Source of the DNA: Isurus oxyrinchus
Taxonomy: Eukaryota
Length of the DNA stretch: 64,000 nt
Direction: 5' to 3'
Assembly (NCBI GenBank): GCA_026770705.1
Contig: JANJGN010000071.1
Span: 2,170,001-2,234,000, forward strand
Within the stretch, counting starts at the first letter, position 1; the number at the start of each line of letters is the position of its first letter. The position numbers were made by a program, and so were the translations under genes. Shown piece by piece: positions 1-12,029 of the stretch. The notes below the pieces were generated by a model, which was not told the DNA's origin, searched no databases, and worked only from the letters and a program-made list of their open reading frames with translations.

Positions 1-392
1 AATAGACAGAGAGTCCAGCCCTCGCACTTCCTGCACAGTTTCACCATAGCAACCACAATAAGGAAGTAAAATAACTGAAAGTTAAACCGAAGCCAAACCA
101 GTCGGTGTAGAGAGATGAGATGTTTACACAGTTTCCCTGTGTATCTTGTAGACACTGTGTTGGGTGGAAGACTGGCTTCACTAAACAGGGTCCTGAGGCC
201 CATGAGCCAATGTAGAATGAACTTGTTCACTCCTGTGTCCAGGATTCTCTTCCATCCATTGTGAAACCTTGGGGAGTTCCTTGTGTGTCCTGTAGATGGT
301 CCACACTGCAGCTACTGTGCTCCAGAGATGGAGGGAGTGGATATCAAGTCTAGTGGATTGACAAACCATCCAGAGTTAAATATTGACATTTA

Positions 393-423
393 TATTATCC
401 TGTAACCCAGCTTCACGTTTCTG
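393..423 (+). pseudogene. Gene A: 3' remnant of a deleted Siglec-like V-set exon
   Basis: Pre-V intron sequence (ccagagttaaatattgacattt) is joined directly to the exon end tattatcctgtaacccagcttcacgtttctg|gtaagt (YYPVTQLHVS). The acceptor and about 340 nt seen in paralogs at 15969, 27969 and 63476 are missing. Confidence 0.9.
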
Positions 424-894
424 GTAAGTGCTGCGTTATAATTACTCAACAATTCACATCCAACACTCAATGGGAAATAACACTAACTGTGACGTTTACA
501 TATTAACACAAAACACAGCTTATTATAACACACTGTCTGATTCTCAATAACCTGGTGATCGCTTCCAGTTCAGTCCTAAAGCAACCTCTAATACTCACTT
601 TAATATCAATGATGAAAAGCATTAACTGTATTATCAGGTTATCCACTCCCATCAATCTCTCCTGTCCTGTTTAAAAGTCTGACGTATCGATAAAAGAAAG
701 ATGTGCATTTCTGCAGCACAATTTACCACCTCAGGAGGATCCAAATCCCTTCACAGCCAATGAAATTATTCCTGAATTGTAGTCACAGATGTTAAACACA
801 GCAGGCAGTTTGTGCACAGCAAGATCCAACAAACCACAAGGTGATAAATCACCCAGATCACTGAGGAAATGAGAAGCCAGTGAACTCAAACCTC

Positions 895-1032
895 TGGTCT
901 GATGAAGAGTCATACGGACTCGAAACGTTAACCCTGTCTTCCTCTCCACTGATACTGTCAGACCTGCTGAGTCTTTCCAGCAATTTTTGTTTTTGTTTCA
1001 GATTTCCAGCATCCGCAGTATTCTGCTTTTAA
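895..1032 (+). mobile_element. Penelope-like element remnant with a minimal hammerhead-ribozyme-like motif
   Basis: CTGATGA-A-GAGTC-atacg-GACTC-GAAA-CGTT at 899-929, followed by sequence shared with the elements at 12095-12310 and 31930-32135. Confidence 0.6.
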
Positions 1033-1282
1033 CTCCAATCTCTGGTCTGAGCCTCTTCTCTCATCCAGTGTTCTCAATTCACATGTCTCGGAGTGAACGT
1101 GTATTAAGCTGAGAGACAGAAACACTACTGCCAAAGAGCAAGAAAATCTTTCCTGATCATTGTAACCTCTCAGTTCTGATATCATCCTTGTAAAATTGCT
1201 TTCTCTTGTGGGACTGTGGTTTCTATTTGAACTGATGCTTCACGTTATATTTCTCTAAAAGGATCCATTCCCTGTCTGTTAG

Positions 1283-1579
1283 ATTTCACAGATAAACCCA
1301 CGATATTCCCTGCTGAAATTATTGCAGGAAAGCGTGTGGATGTAAGCTGCACCTTCAACACAACGTGCAATGGAACAGCAGCACCTGTCTTAACCTGGGA
1401 CACTCCCACTGACGTACCTGGATCAGTCTCAAACACTGTAACTCAGCATGGTGTCACTCTGACCTATACTTCTGTTCTGACCCTGATCCCATCACTCAAA
1501 CACCACGGACACACTCTCAGCTGCAGAGTGAGATATCCATCTGTTTCATCGGAGCAGACCCTCGTACTAACTGTGCAAT
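1283..1579 (+). CDS. Gene A exon: C2-set Ig domain 2 (Siglec-like), 297 nt, phase 1-1
   Basis: ctgttag|at...caat|gtaagt; translates DFTDKPTIFPAEIIAGKRVDVSCTFNTTCNGTAAPVLTW...HHGHTLSCRVRYP..LTVQ, with the extra Cys typical of Siglec domain 2. Confidence 0.88.
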
Positions 1580-1790
1580 GTAAGTATGGACACCCTTCAT
1601 TCTACATTAGCTGGAACAGTGTAGATAATGCACAGCAGGATTCCATAGAAAGGTATTCTGATGACAATCAGAGAATCTGTTTTTCAGGGAAAATAGTGAC
1701 CAGAACACAATTAATAACAGTTTCTGAACAGTAACACAGCGGCTTTTATTTCCAGCCAAGAGACCGATAGAGCAGAGCCGGAATCGCAAT

Positions 1791-3380
1791 GTACTCACGC
1801 CCTGACAGTGCAGCACTCACTCAGTACTGACCCTCTGACAGTGCAGCACTCCCTCAGTACTGACCCTCTGACAGTGCAGCACTCCCTCAGTACTGACCCT
1901 CTGACAGTGCGGCACTCCCTCTGTACTGACCCTCTGACAGAGCAGCAATCCCTCAGTACTGACCCTCTGACACTGCAGCACTCCCTCAGTACTCACCCCC
2001 TGACAGTGCAGCACTCACTCAGTACTGACCCTCTGACAGGGCAGCACTCCCTCAGTACTGACCCTCTGACAGTGCAGCACTCCCTCAGTACTCACCCACT
2101 GACAGGGCAGCACTCCCTCAGTACTGACCCTCTGACAGTGCAGCACTCCTTCAGTACTGACCCTCTGACAGTGCAGCACTCCCTCAGTACTGACATTCTG
2201 ACAGTATAGCACTCCCTCAGTATTGACACTCTGACAGGGCAGCACTCCCTCAGTACTGACCCTCTGACAGTGCAGCACTCCCTCAGTACTGACCCTCTGA
2301 CAGTGCAGCACTCCCTCAGTACTGACCCTCTGACAGGGCAGCACTCCCTCAGTACTGACCCTCCGACAGTGCAGCACTCCCACAGTACTGACCCTCTGAC
2401 AGTGCAGCACTCCCTCAATATTGACCCTCTGACAGTGCAGCACTGCCTCAGTACTGACTCTCTGACAGTGCAGCACTCCCTCAGTTCTGATCCTCTGACA
2501 GTGCAGCACTCCCTCAGTACTGACTGTCCGACAGTGCAGCACTCCTTCAGTACTGACCCTCTGACAGTGCAGCACTCCCTTAGTACTGACCCTCCAACAG
2601 TGCAGCACTCACTCAGTACTGACCCTCCAACAGTGTAGCACTCCCTCAGTACTTACCCCCTGATCGTGCAGCACTCCCTCAGTACTGATCCTCCGACATC
2701 GCAGCACTCCCTCAATAATGACCCTGCGACAGTGCAGCACTCCCTCAGTACTGACCCTCTGACAGTGCAGCACTCCCTCAGAACTGACCCTTCGACAGTG
2801 CAGCACTCCCTCAGTACTGACCCTCTGACAGTGCAGCACTCCCTCAGTACTGACCCTCTAACAGTGCAGCACTCCCTCAGTCCTGTCCCTCTGACAGTGC
2901 AGCACTCCCTCAGTCCTGTCCCTCTGATAGTGCAACACTCTCTCAGTACTGAGCCTCTGACAGTGCAGCACTCCCTCAGTACTGACCCTCTGACAGTGCA
3001 GCACTCCCTCAGTACTGACCCTCTGACAGTGCAGCACTCCCTCAGTACTGATCCTCCAACAGTTTAGAAATCTCTCCGTACTGATCCTCCGTCACTGCAG
3101 CACTCCCACAGTACTGACCCTCCAACAGTGCAGCACTCCCTCAGTACTGACCCTCTGACAGTGTAGCACTCCCTCAGTACTGACCCTCTGACAGTGCAGC
3201 ACTCCTTCACTACTGAACCTCCAACTCTGCAGCGCTCCCTCAGAACTTGCAATCCAACATTGAATACCTCCCTCCCGACTGACCCTCAGATAATGCTGCA
3301 GTCCCTTGTTCCAGAGCTTCCAACTGTGCAACACTCCCTCAGTAATGACCCTTTGACAGTGCTGCTCTCCCTCAGTATTG
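1791..3380 (+). repeat. 33-bp minisatellite (acagtgcagcactccctcagtactgaccctctg)n
   Basis: Direct tandem units; gives spurious TVQHSLSTDPL ORFs. Confidence 0.97.
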
Positions 3381-6300
3381 CCTTAAACCAAATAGATGGG
3401 GAGAGTGTTCTGGAGAGGGTATATGTAGGCTTACAAAGCAAAAGGATTTGTCAGCATTGCAGGATAGCTGTTTTGGTGATGATACCCAGTGTGTGACAGG
3501 TGGGTACACAGTGTCCAAACATTAAAATACATCAGCAAATAGTGTCAGAGGGAGGAAAATGATAAAAAGACAAAATTAATGGCTCTTGACTTAAATGCAC
3601 ATAGTATTTGGAACAACATAAAGGAATTAAAGGTACAAATAGAGGTTAATGGGTTTGATCTTATAGCCATTATGGAGACATGGTTACAAGGAGATCAAAG
3701 CTTTGAAATAAATATTCAGGGGTATGTGACTTTTCAAAAAGACAGGCAGGAAGGAAAGGTGGTGGGGTAGCTTTGTTAATAGGAGATGGAATAAGTACGA
3801 AAGCAAGAAATGATCTTGGATCGGAGGGTATAGAATCCATATGGCTCGAGGTAATGAATAACAAGGGGAACAAGGAACTGGTGGGAGTGGTCTATCAGCC
3901 CCATGACTGTAGCTCGGCTGTAGGACAGAGAATAAATCATGAGATAATGAGGGCATGTAAAAAAGGCAGTACATTAATCTTCATGTAGATTGGGAAAACC
4001 CAATTGGCAGAGGTAGCCATGAGCAAGAATTCATAGAGTGTATTCAAGACAGTTTCCTGGAATAATATGTCGTGGATCTAACCAGGGATCAGGCTATTTT
4101 GGATCTGGTAATGTGTAATGAGGCAGGTTTCATACATGATCTCAGAATAAATGATCCCCTGGAAAACAGTGACCATAACCTGGTACAATTTAGCATTCCG
4201 TTTGAGACTGAGAAACCAGGGTCGGAAACAACTGTGCTGGACTTAAATAAGTGTAATGACAAAGGAATAAGGACAGGGTTGTCTGGAGTGGACTGGGAAA
4301 GGGGTTTAGCAGAAAAGATGCTGGATGAACAAAGCAGATGTTAAAGAAAATAGCTCATGACTCACAACAACGATATATCCCAGTGAGAAAGAAGGATTGT
4401 AGGAAGGGAATAAACCAACCTGGGTTACCCAAAGAAGTTAAGGTGTGTGTCAAATTGAAAGAAAAAACATGCAGCACGACAAAGATTAGTGGTAAGCCAG
4501 AGGATTGAGAGAGTTTTAAAAACCAACAGAAGATGACCAAAAAATAAATAAAGAGGTAGAAAACTAGGTAAACTAGTAATTGATATAAAAAAGGACAATA
4601 AAAGCTTCTTTAAATATATAAAAAGGGAGAGAGAGACCAAAGTGAACATGGGCCCCTTAGAGAACTAGGCTGGGGAAATAATAATGAGGAACCAGGAAAT
4701 GACAGAGGAGTTGAATAAATACTTTGCATCAGTCTTCACGGTAGAACACACTAATATCATTCCAAAAATACTAAATAATCAAGGGGCAAAAGGGGGGTGG
4801 GGAGAGGAAATAAATACAATAACAATCACTAGAGAATAACGCTAGCGAAATTAATGGGTCTCAAGGCTGATAAGTCCCCTGGACCTGATAGGTTGCATCT
4901 TAGGATATTAAAGGAAGTAGATGCAGAGATAGTGGATGCACTGGTTTTAATCTTCCAAGAATCCTTAGATTCTGGGAAACTCCCAGAGGATTGGAAAACT
5001 GCCAATGTAACACCCATATTCAAAAAGGGAGGGAGACAACAAACAGGTAACTATAGGGCAGTTAGCTTAACATCTGTCATTGGGAACATGTTAGAGTCCA
5101 TTATAAAGGATGTAATAGCAGACTATTTAGAAATGCATAATTTAATCACACACAGGCTTCATGAAGGGGAAATCATGCATGACAAATTTATTAGAATTAT
5201 TTGAGGAGGTAACAAACAGGATAGATAAAGGGGAACCAGTAGATGTAATATATTTGGATTTCCAAAAGGCATTCAGTAAAGTACCACATATAAGGCTACT
5301 TAATAAGATAAGAGCCCATGGTGTTGGGGGCAGTATATTAGCATGGATAGAGGATCGGCTAACTAATAGAAGTCAGAGAGTTGAGATAAGGGGGGCATTT
5401 TCAGGATGGCAACCTGTGGATTGCCACACGGATCAGTGCCGGGGCCACAATTATTTACAATATATATTAATGACTTGGATGAGGGAAATTAATGTACTTT
5501 CGCCAAGTTTGTGGATGACACAAAAATAGATGGGAAGGCAAGTGGTGAGGGTGTCACAAAGAGTCTACAGAGGGACATAGACAGGTTCAGTGAGTGGGCA
5601 TCAACTTGGCAGATGGAATATAATGTGGGAAAATGTGAGCTGCTGCACTGTGGCAGGATGTATAGAGGAGCTGAATATTATTTCAATGGAGAAAGACATT
5701 GGAAAGCTGAAGCATAGAGGAATTTGGGGGTCATCAGAAAGATAACATACAAGTTCAACAGTTAATAGGGAAGGCAGGTGGAATGTTGGCCTTTATTTCA
5801 AAGGGAATGGAGTATAAAAATAGGGAAGTCTTGCTAAAACTATACAAGGCACTAGTTAGACCACACCTAGAATACTGTGAGCAGTTTTGGTTCCCTTATC
5901 TAAGGAAAGATGTACTGGCATTGGAGGCAGTCCAGAGAAGGTTCACTAGGTTGATCCCAGTAATGGAGGGATTTTCATATGAGGAGAGGTTGAGTAGGAT
6001 GAGCCTGTACTCATTGGAGTTTAGGAGAATGAGAGCTGACCTTATTGAAACATATAAGATTCTTAGGGTGCTTGACAGGGTAGATGCTGAGAGGTTGTTT
6101 CCCCTTGTGGGAGAGTCTAGGACCAGAGGGCATGATCTCAGAGTAAGGGGTCACCCATTTAAGACAGAGATGAGGAGTTTCTTCTCTCAGAGGGTAGTGA
6201 ATGTGTGGAATTCTTTACCGCAGAGAGCTGCAGAGGCTGGGTCATTAATTATATTCAAGGCTGAGATACACAGTTTTTTAATCAGTCAGGGAATCAAAGG

Positions 6301-6428
6301 CTATGGGGAAAAGGCAGGAAAGTGGAGTTGAGGATTGTCAGATCAGACATGGTATCATTGAATGGCGGAGCAGAGTTGATTGGCCGAATGGCCTCCTTCT
6401 GCTCTGACGTCTTGTGGTCTTATGGCCT
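3381..6428 (+). mobile_element. Degenerate CR1 LINE (endonuclease + reverse transcriptase) inserted in the minisatellite
   Basis: ORF fragments IAIMETW, ILDLVM, KSPGPD, NYRAVSLTS, YLDFQKAF, DDTK, LYKALVRPHLEYC with stops and frameshifts; 3' tail tcttgtggtcttatgg. Confidence 0.93.
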
Positions 6429-6429
6429 T

Positions 6430-7090
6430 ATCACCCTCCAACAGTGCAGAGCTCCTTAATTACTGACGCTCCGACAGTGCAGCACTCCCTCAGTACTAAC
6501 CCTCCGACAGTGCAGCACTCCCTCATTACTGACCCTCCGACACTGCGGCACTCCCTCAGTACTGACCCTCCAACAGTGCAGAGCTCCCTAATTACTGACC
6601 CTCCGAAAGTGCAGCACTCCCTCAGTACTGGCCCTCCAACAGTGCAACACTCCTCTAGTACTGACCCTCCAACAGTGCAGCAATCCCTCAGTACTGACCC
6701 TCCGACAGTTCACCACTCCCTCAGTACTGACCCTCTGACAGTGCACCACTCCATCAGTACTTACCCTCCGACAGTGCAGCACTCCCTCAGTACTGATCCT
6801 CCGACAGTGCACCAGTCCATCAGTACTGATCCTCCGACAGTGCAGCACTCCCTCAGTACTGATCCTCCAACAGTTCAGCACTCCCTCAGTACTATTCTCT
6901 GACAGTGAAGTACTTGCTCAATACTGACTATGCGGCAGTCCAGACTTCACAGTAACCGCCCTCCAACGGTGCAGCAGGTCATCAGTACTCACGCTCCAAG
7001 GGGGCAGCTCTCCCTCAGTACTGACCCTCCAACAGTGCAGCACTCCATCAGTACTGACCCTCCAACAGTACAGCACTCCCTCAGTACTGA
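6430..7090 (+). repeat. 33-bp minisatellite (continuation after the CR1)
   Basis: Same unit as 1791-3380. Confidence 0.95.
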
Positions 7091-7221
7091 ACTGAAGTGT
7101 CTGCCTGAATTAAGTGCTTTGTGGTGAAGGAACCTACATTGATATCACACCTTTCACATTCTCAGTGTCTCTCAAAGTGTTTCACAGTCAATGTAAGTAA
7201 CTGATCTTTATTTGTTTTCAG

Positions 7222-7502
7222 ACAAACCACAGAATCTCTCAATTACTTCTCTTGGTATGATTAACGCTTCATCGATCAATATAATTGAGGGGAATTCTGC
7301 AGTGATAATCTGCTCTGTCGAGAGCTTCCCAGCTTCTAACCTGACGTGGCGACATCTTAATGTCCCAATGAACAGAACAAGTTCCAACAATGAGCTGTGG
7401 TTGGTGGTTCCTCACGTTACATCCAGGGACACTGGAGACTATCAGTGTGTGGCAGAGAATGAACATGGAGCAGTGGAGGGATTTATAACATCACTGTGGA
7501 AC
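7222..7502 (+). pseudogene. Gene A exon: C2-set Ig domain 3 with a 1-nt deletion near the 3' end
   Basis: ttttcag|ac...gaac|gtgagt; YKPQNLSI...IICSVESFPASNLTW...DTGDYQCVAEN. It is 281 nt versus 282 nt in gene D (aca-tcact vs acaattact). Confidence 0.85.
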
Positions 7503-7539
7503 GTGAGTTACACAGAATTGAACGTTCTCTTGTTATTAG

Positions 7540-8560
7540 CTCATGGGATGTGGGCATTGTTGATAAGACCAGAAATTATTGCGCATCTGTAACTGCCCCT
7601 TGAGAAGGTGGTGGTGAGCTGCCTTCTTTAACCACTGCAGTCCATGTGGTGTACGCACACCCACAGTGCTGTTAGGGAGGGAGTTCCAGGATTTTGTCCC
7701 AGTGATGGTGAAGGAACGTCCGATATAGTTCCAAGTCCCAGGGCACACCAACACCTCAAGTTCGCTTCCAAATCACACACCTCACTGACTTGGAACTGTC
7801 TCAGTGGAAGAGGTTAAGAGTTTGGAAGGTGCTGTCGAAGGAGCCTTGGTGAGTTGCTGCAGTGCATCTTGTAGATGGTGCACACACTGCTGCCATTGTG
7901 TGCCAGTGGTGGAGGGTATGAATGTTTATGCTGGTGGATGGGCTGTCGATCAAACAAGCTGCTCCTGGACGGTGTCGAGCTTCTTGAGTGTTGTTGGAGC
8001 TGCACTTATTCAGGCAATTGGAGATTATTCCATCACACTCCTGACTTGTGCCTTGTCCGATGGTGGACAGGCTTTGGGTGGTCAGGAGTTGAATTACTCA
8101 CCACAGAGTTCCCAGCCTCTGACCCGCTCTTGTAGCCACATTATTTCCTGTTGCCGGGATGTTGCCAGGACCAAGAGCCTTTGCTGTATCCAGTATCATC
8201 AGCTGATTGCTGATGTCACGTGGAGTCAATCGAATTGTCTGAAAGCTGACATCTGTGATGCTGGGACCCTCTGGAGGAGGCCGAGATGGAGCATCCACTC
8301 AGCACTTCTGGCTGAACATGGTTGCCAATGCTTCAGCCTTGTCGTTTGCACTGATGTGCTGAGCTCCCCCATCATTAAGGATGGGGATATTTGTGGAACA
8401 TCCTCCTCCTGTTAGATCTTTAATTGTCCATCACCATTCATGACTGGATGTGGCAGGACTGCAGAGCTTAGATCTGAATCGTTGGTTGTGGGATCGCTTT
8501 GCTCTGTCTATAGCATGTTGTTTCCGCTGTTTGGAATTTTTGTAATCCTGTGTGTCACCT
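7540..8560 (-). mobile_element. L2/CR1-clade LINE fragments
   Basis: Reverse complement of the element at 46512-47560; RT-like KALGPGNIPA fragment. Confidence 0.75.
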
Positions 8561-8768
8561 CAGCAGCTTGGCACCTCTGTTATATGTGAATCCTCCTTAT
8601 AGAAACCTGCATGTACATGGATATTATCAATAAATATTACATAGATAAATTTATTTGTATAGACCTTTCATGCATAGACAATATCACTTCACAAGTTCAG
8701 AATTACTACATGTACATAGGGAACCATTCTCAAACTGTACCGGAGTCATTCATTGGCTGATTTTACAG

Positions 8769-8865
8769 GGCGAGATTCCAATGAATGGAAAGCAGGATTG
8801 CTTGGAGCTGGAATCTGTTTGAGTGTTGGACTGAGTGGATTCTTCATCTTCAAGTGTGTGAGAAA
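8769..8865 (+). CDS. Gene A exon: transmembrane (uncharged), 97 nt, phase 1-2
   Basis: ttttacag|gg...agaaa|gtaagt; RDSNEWKAGLLGAGICLSVGLSGFFIFKCVRK; same length as and homologous to 33604-33700. Confidence 0.88.
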
Positions 8866-9179
8866 GTAAGTGTGAAGCTTTAATTGGTTGTTTTTGAACA
8901 TGTTTTCTTCAACCTTCTCTCCTTATAGAAAGAACTTGCATTTCTATAGCACCTTTTACAATCCAAAACCCTTCACAGCCCCTGAAGAGTTTTGATGTTC
9001 ACCTACTGTTTAACATCTCATCCAACACTCAATGTTTCACAACTCAGTCCTGTAACTGGCAGTGTTGACCTGGACCATAAGATACCTTGTGACCTAATGA
9101 GGATGTGAAAGGTGCTATATAAATGAAAACCTTTCTTTTGTTAGTGAATGCAATCTCTTTCCTTTTTCCATGTTTCATT

Positions 9180-9340
9180 CACTCTCTCTTATCTCCACTA
9201 ATGCTCGCCTTCTCATTCTCTCTCTCTCATTCACTCTCTCTCTTATCTCCACTAATGCTCTCCTTCTCATTCTTTCTCTCATTCACTCTCTCTCCTATCT
9301 CCACTAATGCTCTCCTTCTTATTCTCTCTCTCGTCCTCTG
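9180..9340 (+). repeat. CT-rich tandem repeat of about 50 bp
   Basis: Three copies of tatctccactaatgctc..cttctcattct... Confidence 0.8.
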
Positions 9341-9623
9341 ACACAATGTTCAGTATCTGACATTTTTAAGGAGCGCTGAGCAACATCTGCTCCTTCAGAA
9401 GATCCACCTCAACACCTGGAGTGAGCAGTGAATTGAAAGTCGCTCACCAAATGCTCAACTTTACACAGGAATCACGTCACAGAGTCAGGACACAAAGGGT
9501 TAACAGTTTGTTTACAACACAACACTAAGGCCCTACGTTTCAATGAAGGGGTTTTCAGAATTGTTCCCCAATTTCTGATTTGACTCACAGAGACACATCA
9601 ACCCTTTCTCATTAAATACACAG

Positions 9624-9708
9624 AGGGAGCAGCACAGGAAGAGGTCATTCAGCCCAAGCAGAGCGTATGGGCAGTTCCTCCCCAGGCAAGCAGTCGGACA
9701 GGTCCTGG
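9624..9708 (+). CDS. Gene A exon: first cytoplasmic exon, 85 nt, phase 2-0
   Basis: atacacag|a...tcctgg|gtaagt; open frame GSSTGRGHSAQAERMGSSSPGKQSDRSW. It bridges the TM exon (phase 2) to 10220 (phase 0) exactly. Confidence 0.68.
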
Positions 9709-10219
9709 GTAAGTAATGGAACGATTGGAATTCATTTCCACCACCAACACCGTCCTTTGTTGATGTTGTGACTTTATAAAGACAGATTCCAATGATTGAT
9801 GCCTTTGAAAGATTTCTACTGATTATTGAGATCTGGGTGTGAGACTCAAGTCTGTTGTACAGAACATCTTTCTGGTTAAATTATGCAGACAGGTTACACA
9901 CAGTCTATGATTATATTCCCTCGGGTCTAGAAGATTAAGGAGGGATCTAATTGAGGGGTTCAAACTGATTAAACACTCGATAGGGTCGATAGAGAGAAGC
10001 TATTCCCTCGGGTGGGGGTGGGTGGTGGGGGTCGGGTGGAGTCCAGAACAAGGGGGCTGGAACTTCAGATTGGAGCCAGGCCATTCAGGGGTGATGTCAG
10101 GAAGCACTTCTTCACACAAAGGGGAGTGGAAATCTGGAACTCTCTCCCCAGTAATCAAACCCAACACCGAATACACATCATGTTGATTGTCACTCTGTCC
10201 ATTTCCATCTCTATTACAG

Positions 10220-10324
10220 AAGAGAGGCGAGGGGAAAGCAGGAATCAAATCGAACCACCGTGTTGATGAATATCGAGGTCCTGTTTATGAAAACTGTGAG
10301 CGTGGTTGGGCTTTGAGGAATCAG
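10220..10324 (+). CDS. Gene A exon: cytoplasmic exon with VYENC, phase 0-0
   Basis: ctattacag|aag...aatcag|gtgagt; KRGEGKAGIKSNHRVDEYRGPVYENCERGWALRNQ. Confidence 0.8.
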
Positions 10325-10455
10325 GTGAGTCACACACCACAGGATCCCCAGCCTCTCAGCTGCTCCAGTAGCCTGGTTATTGATATGGCTGCTCCAGTCC
10401 TGTATCTGCAATGTTATATACAGTCACTCTTAAACCCAACCAAACTCACACCCAA

Positions 10456-10765
10456 CACCGTTCAGAATCAATAATCAAAACCCGTTCAGAATCAATAATC
10501 AAACCCCGTTCAGTATCAATAATCAAACCCCGTTCAGAATCAATAATCAAACACCGTTCAGAATCAATAATCAAACCCCGTTCAGTATCAATAATCAAAC
10601 CCCGTTCAGAATAAATAATCAAACCCCGTTCAGAATCAATAATCAAACTCCATTCAGTATCAATAATCAAACCCTGTTCAGTATCAATAATCAAACCCTC
10701 TTCAGAATCAATAATCAAACCCCGTTCAGTATCAATAATCAAACCCTGTTCAGTGTCAATAATTA
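10456..10765 (+). repeat. 24-bp minisatellite (tcaataatcaaaccccgttcagwa)n
   Basis: About 12 direct units. Confidence 0.95.
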
Positions 10766-10861
10766 ATGTATGTATTGTAGGTGGAATTTTCGATTTGGAT
10801 CAATAATACTAAACACTGATCACTCTGATTGTCACTCTGATCATTTCTGTTTCTATTACAG

Positions 10862-10978
10862 AAGAAAGATGAGAAGGATCTGGAAATGAAATCTAACCGC
10901 GGAGTCAATCCTGATACAGATGATGATCTTTACGCAAACTGTGAATTTGCCAAGGATTCTGTTTATGGGAATTTATAA
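10862..10978 (+). CDS. Gene A terminal exon with LYANC and ITIM-consensus SVYGNL
   Basis: ctattacag|aag; KKDEKDLEMKSNRGVNPDTDDDLYANCEFAKDSVYGNL*. Confidence 0.82.
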   Translation, partial: KKDEKDLEMKSNRGVNPDTDDDLYANCEFAKDSVYGNL

Positions 10979-12029
10979 ACTGAGCAAGAATGAGACACAC
11001 ACAGTGTGGGGAGAATACAGAACGGGAGAATCATTCAAAACTCCAATTTACCTTCCTAATATCCACAGGAACTCACTCCCAGGAAATGGATTTAAACCTC
11101 TTGTTACAATGTGATGGAATTTCTTTGGAATGATCTATCCAGGATGATTGTCTGTCGGTTTCAATTCGAACATCCTCCTTCAGAATTGTCCCTCACTGTT
11201 GGAAACATCCTTCTCTCCAATCTGATTGTAAATGTCTTTAGATATCGTTCGATGATGTACCAGGACAGAACGGACAAATTCAATCCCGTGTCCTTGATTA
11301 TGAGTTAATTTTCATTCTGTTATTCACCTTCCTGTCTGTCAGTGTTTACAGAATATTCATCAGCCAGTGTAGACTTCAGGAAATGCAGGATCGGTGGATA
11401 ATTGGAGCAGAAGAGATTGGTAAAATTTACTCAGCTTTTTGTAGTCAAATGTATTTTCAGATATATATTTGGATTTTACACTTCATCGTTAAAGAGCAAA
11501 ACCATCAGCAATCCCGGAAACAGGGAAACAATTTGATTGGAGATTTGAGAAATTCTCTGCAGCTCAGAGGATAACAGATGTGCTACAGTGCCACCACTGG
11601 TGGCAGGACATCATTTCAGCGTGACATGTTTACATTGATGTTGCCAATGAACATAGGAAATTATGATGTGAAAAATTGGTTGCAGGTTTACCTTCTTCAA
11701 TATGTCATGGATGGATGAGACAGCTTTGATAACAGAATGAGATATAGCTGCAAAATAAACCATCATTTTAGTCTTTCTCACTTGGAGAGTACAATGAGCA
11801 TCCATCCTGAAGGCTGAGTGGATGGGTGGACTGTGCGATGTGTTACAGATTACAGAGACCAACATCCTTGATCCTGGTTCTGCTCTGTGTTTGATGAGAT
11901 ACTTGGATAAAAGATTGGGAAAATAAATAATCCTCCGGCATTAACCTGTAACTGGTCTCTCCTTCTGTCAATGTCCTGAGGACAGAATTGGGTTCGAGGT
12001 CCAAAATCAGACATTCTTTGACTGCCCAT

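Noticed and set aside
9371-9420. Candidate exon ttttaag|...|gtgagc after gene A's TM exon
   Set aside because: 50 nt gives phase 2-1, which puts the tyrosine-motif exons out of frame.
9667-9690. MGSSSPGK as an N-myristoylation signal
   Set aside because: Pro at position 5 after Met removal violates the consensus.
11590-11610. ccaccactggtggcagg and related motifs (about 20870, 23390, 47760) as CTCF sites between genes
   Set aside because: The match to the CTCF core is imperfect and cannot be supported without PWM scoring or ChIP.
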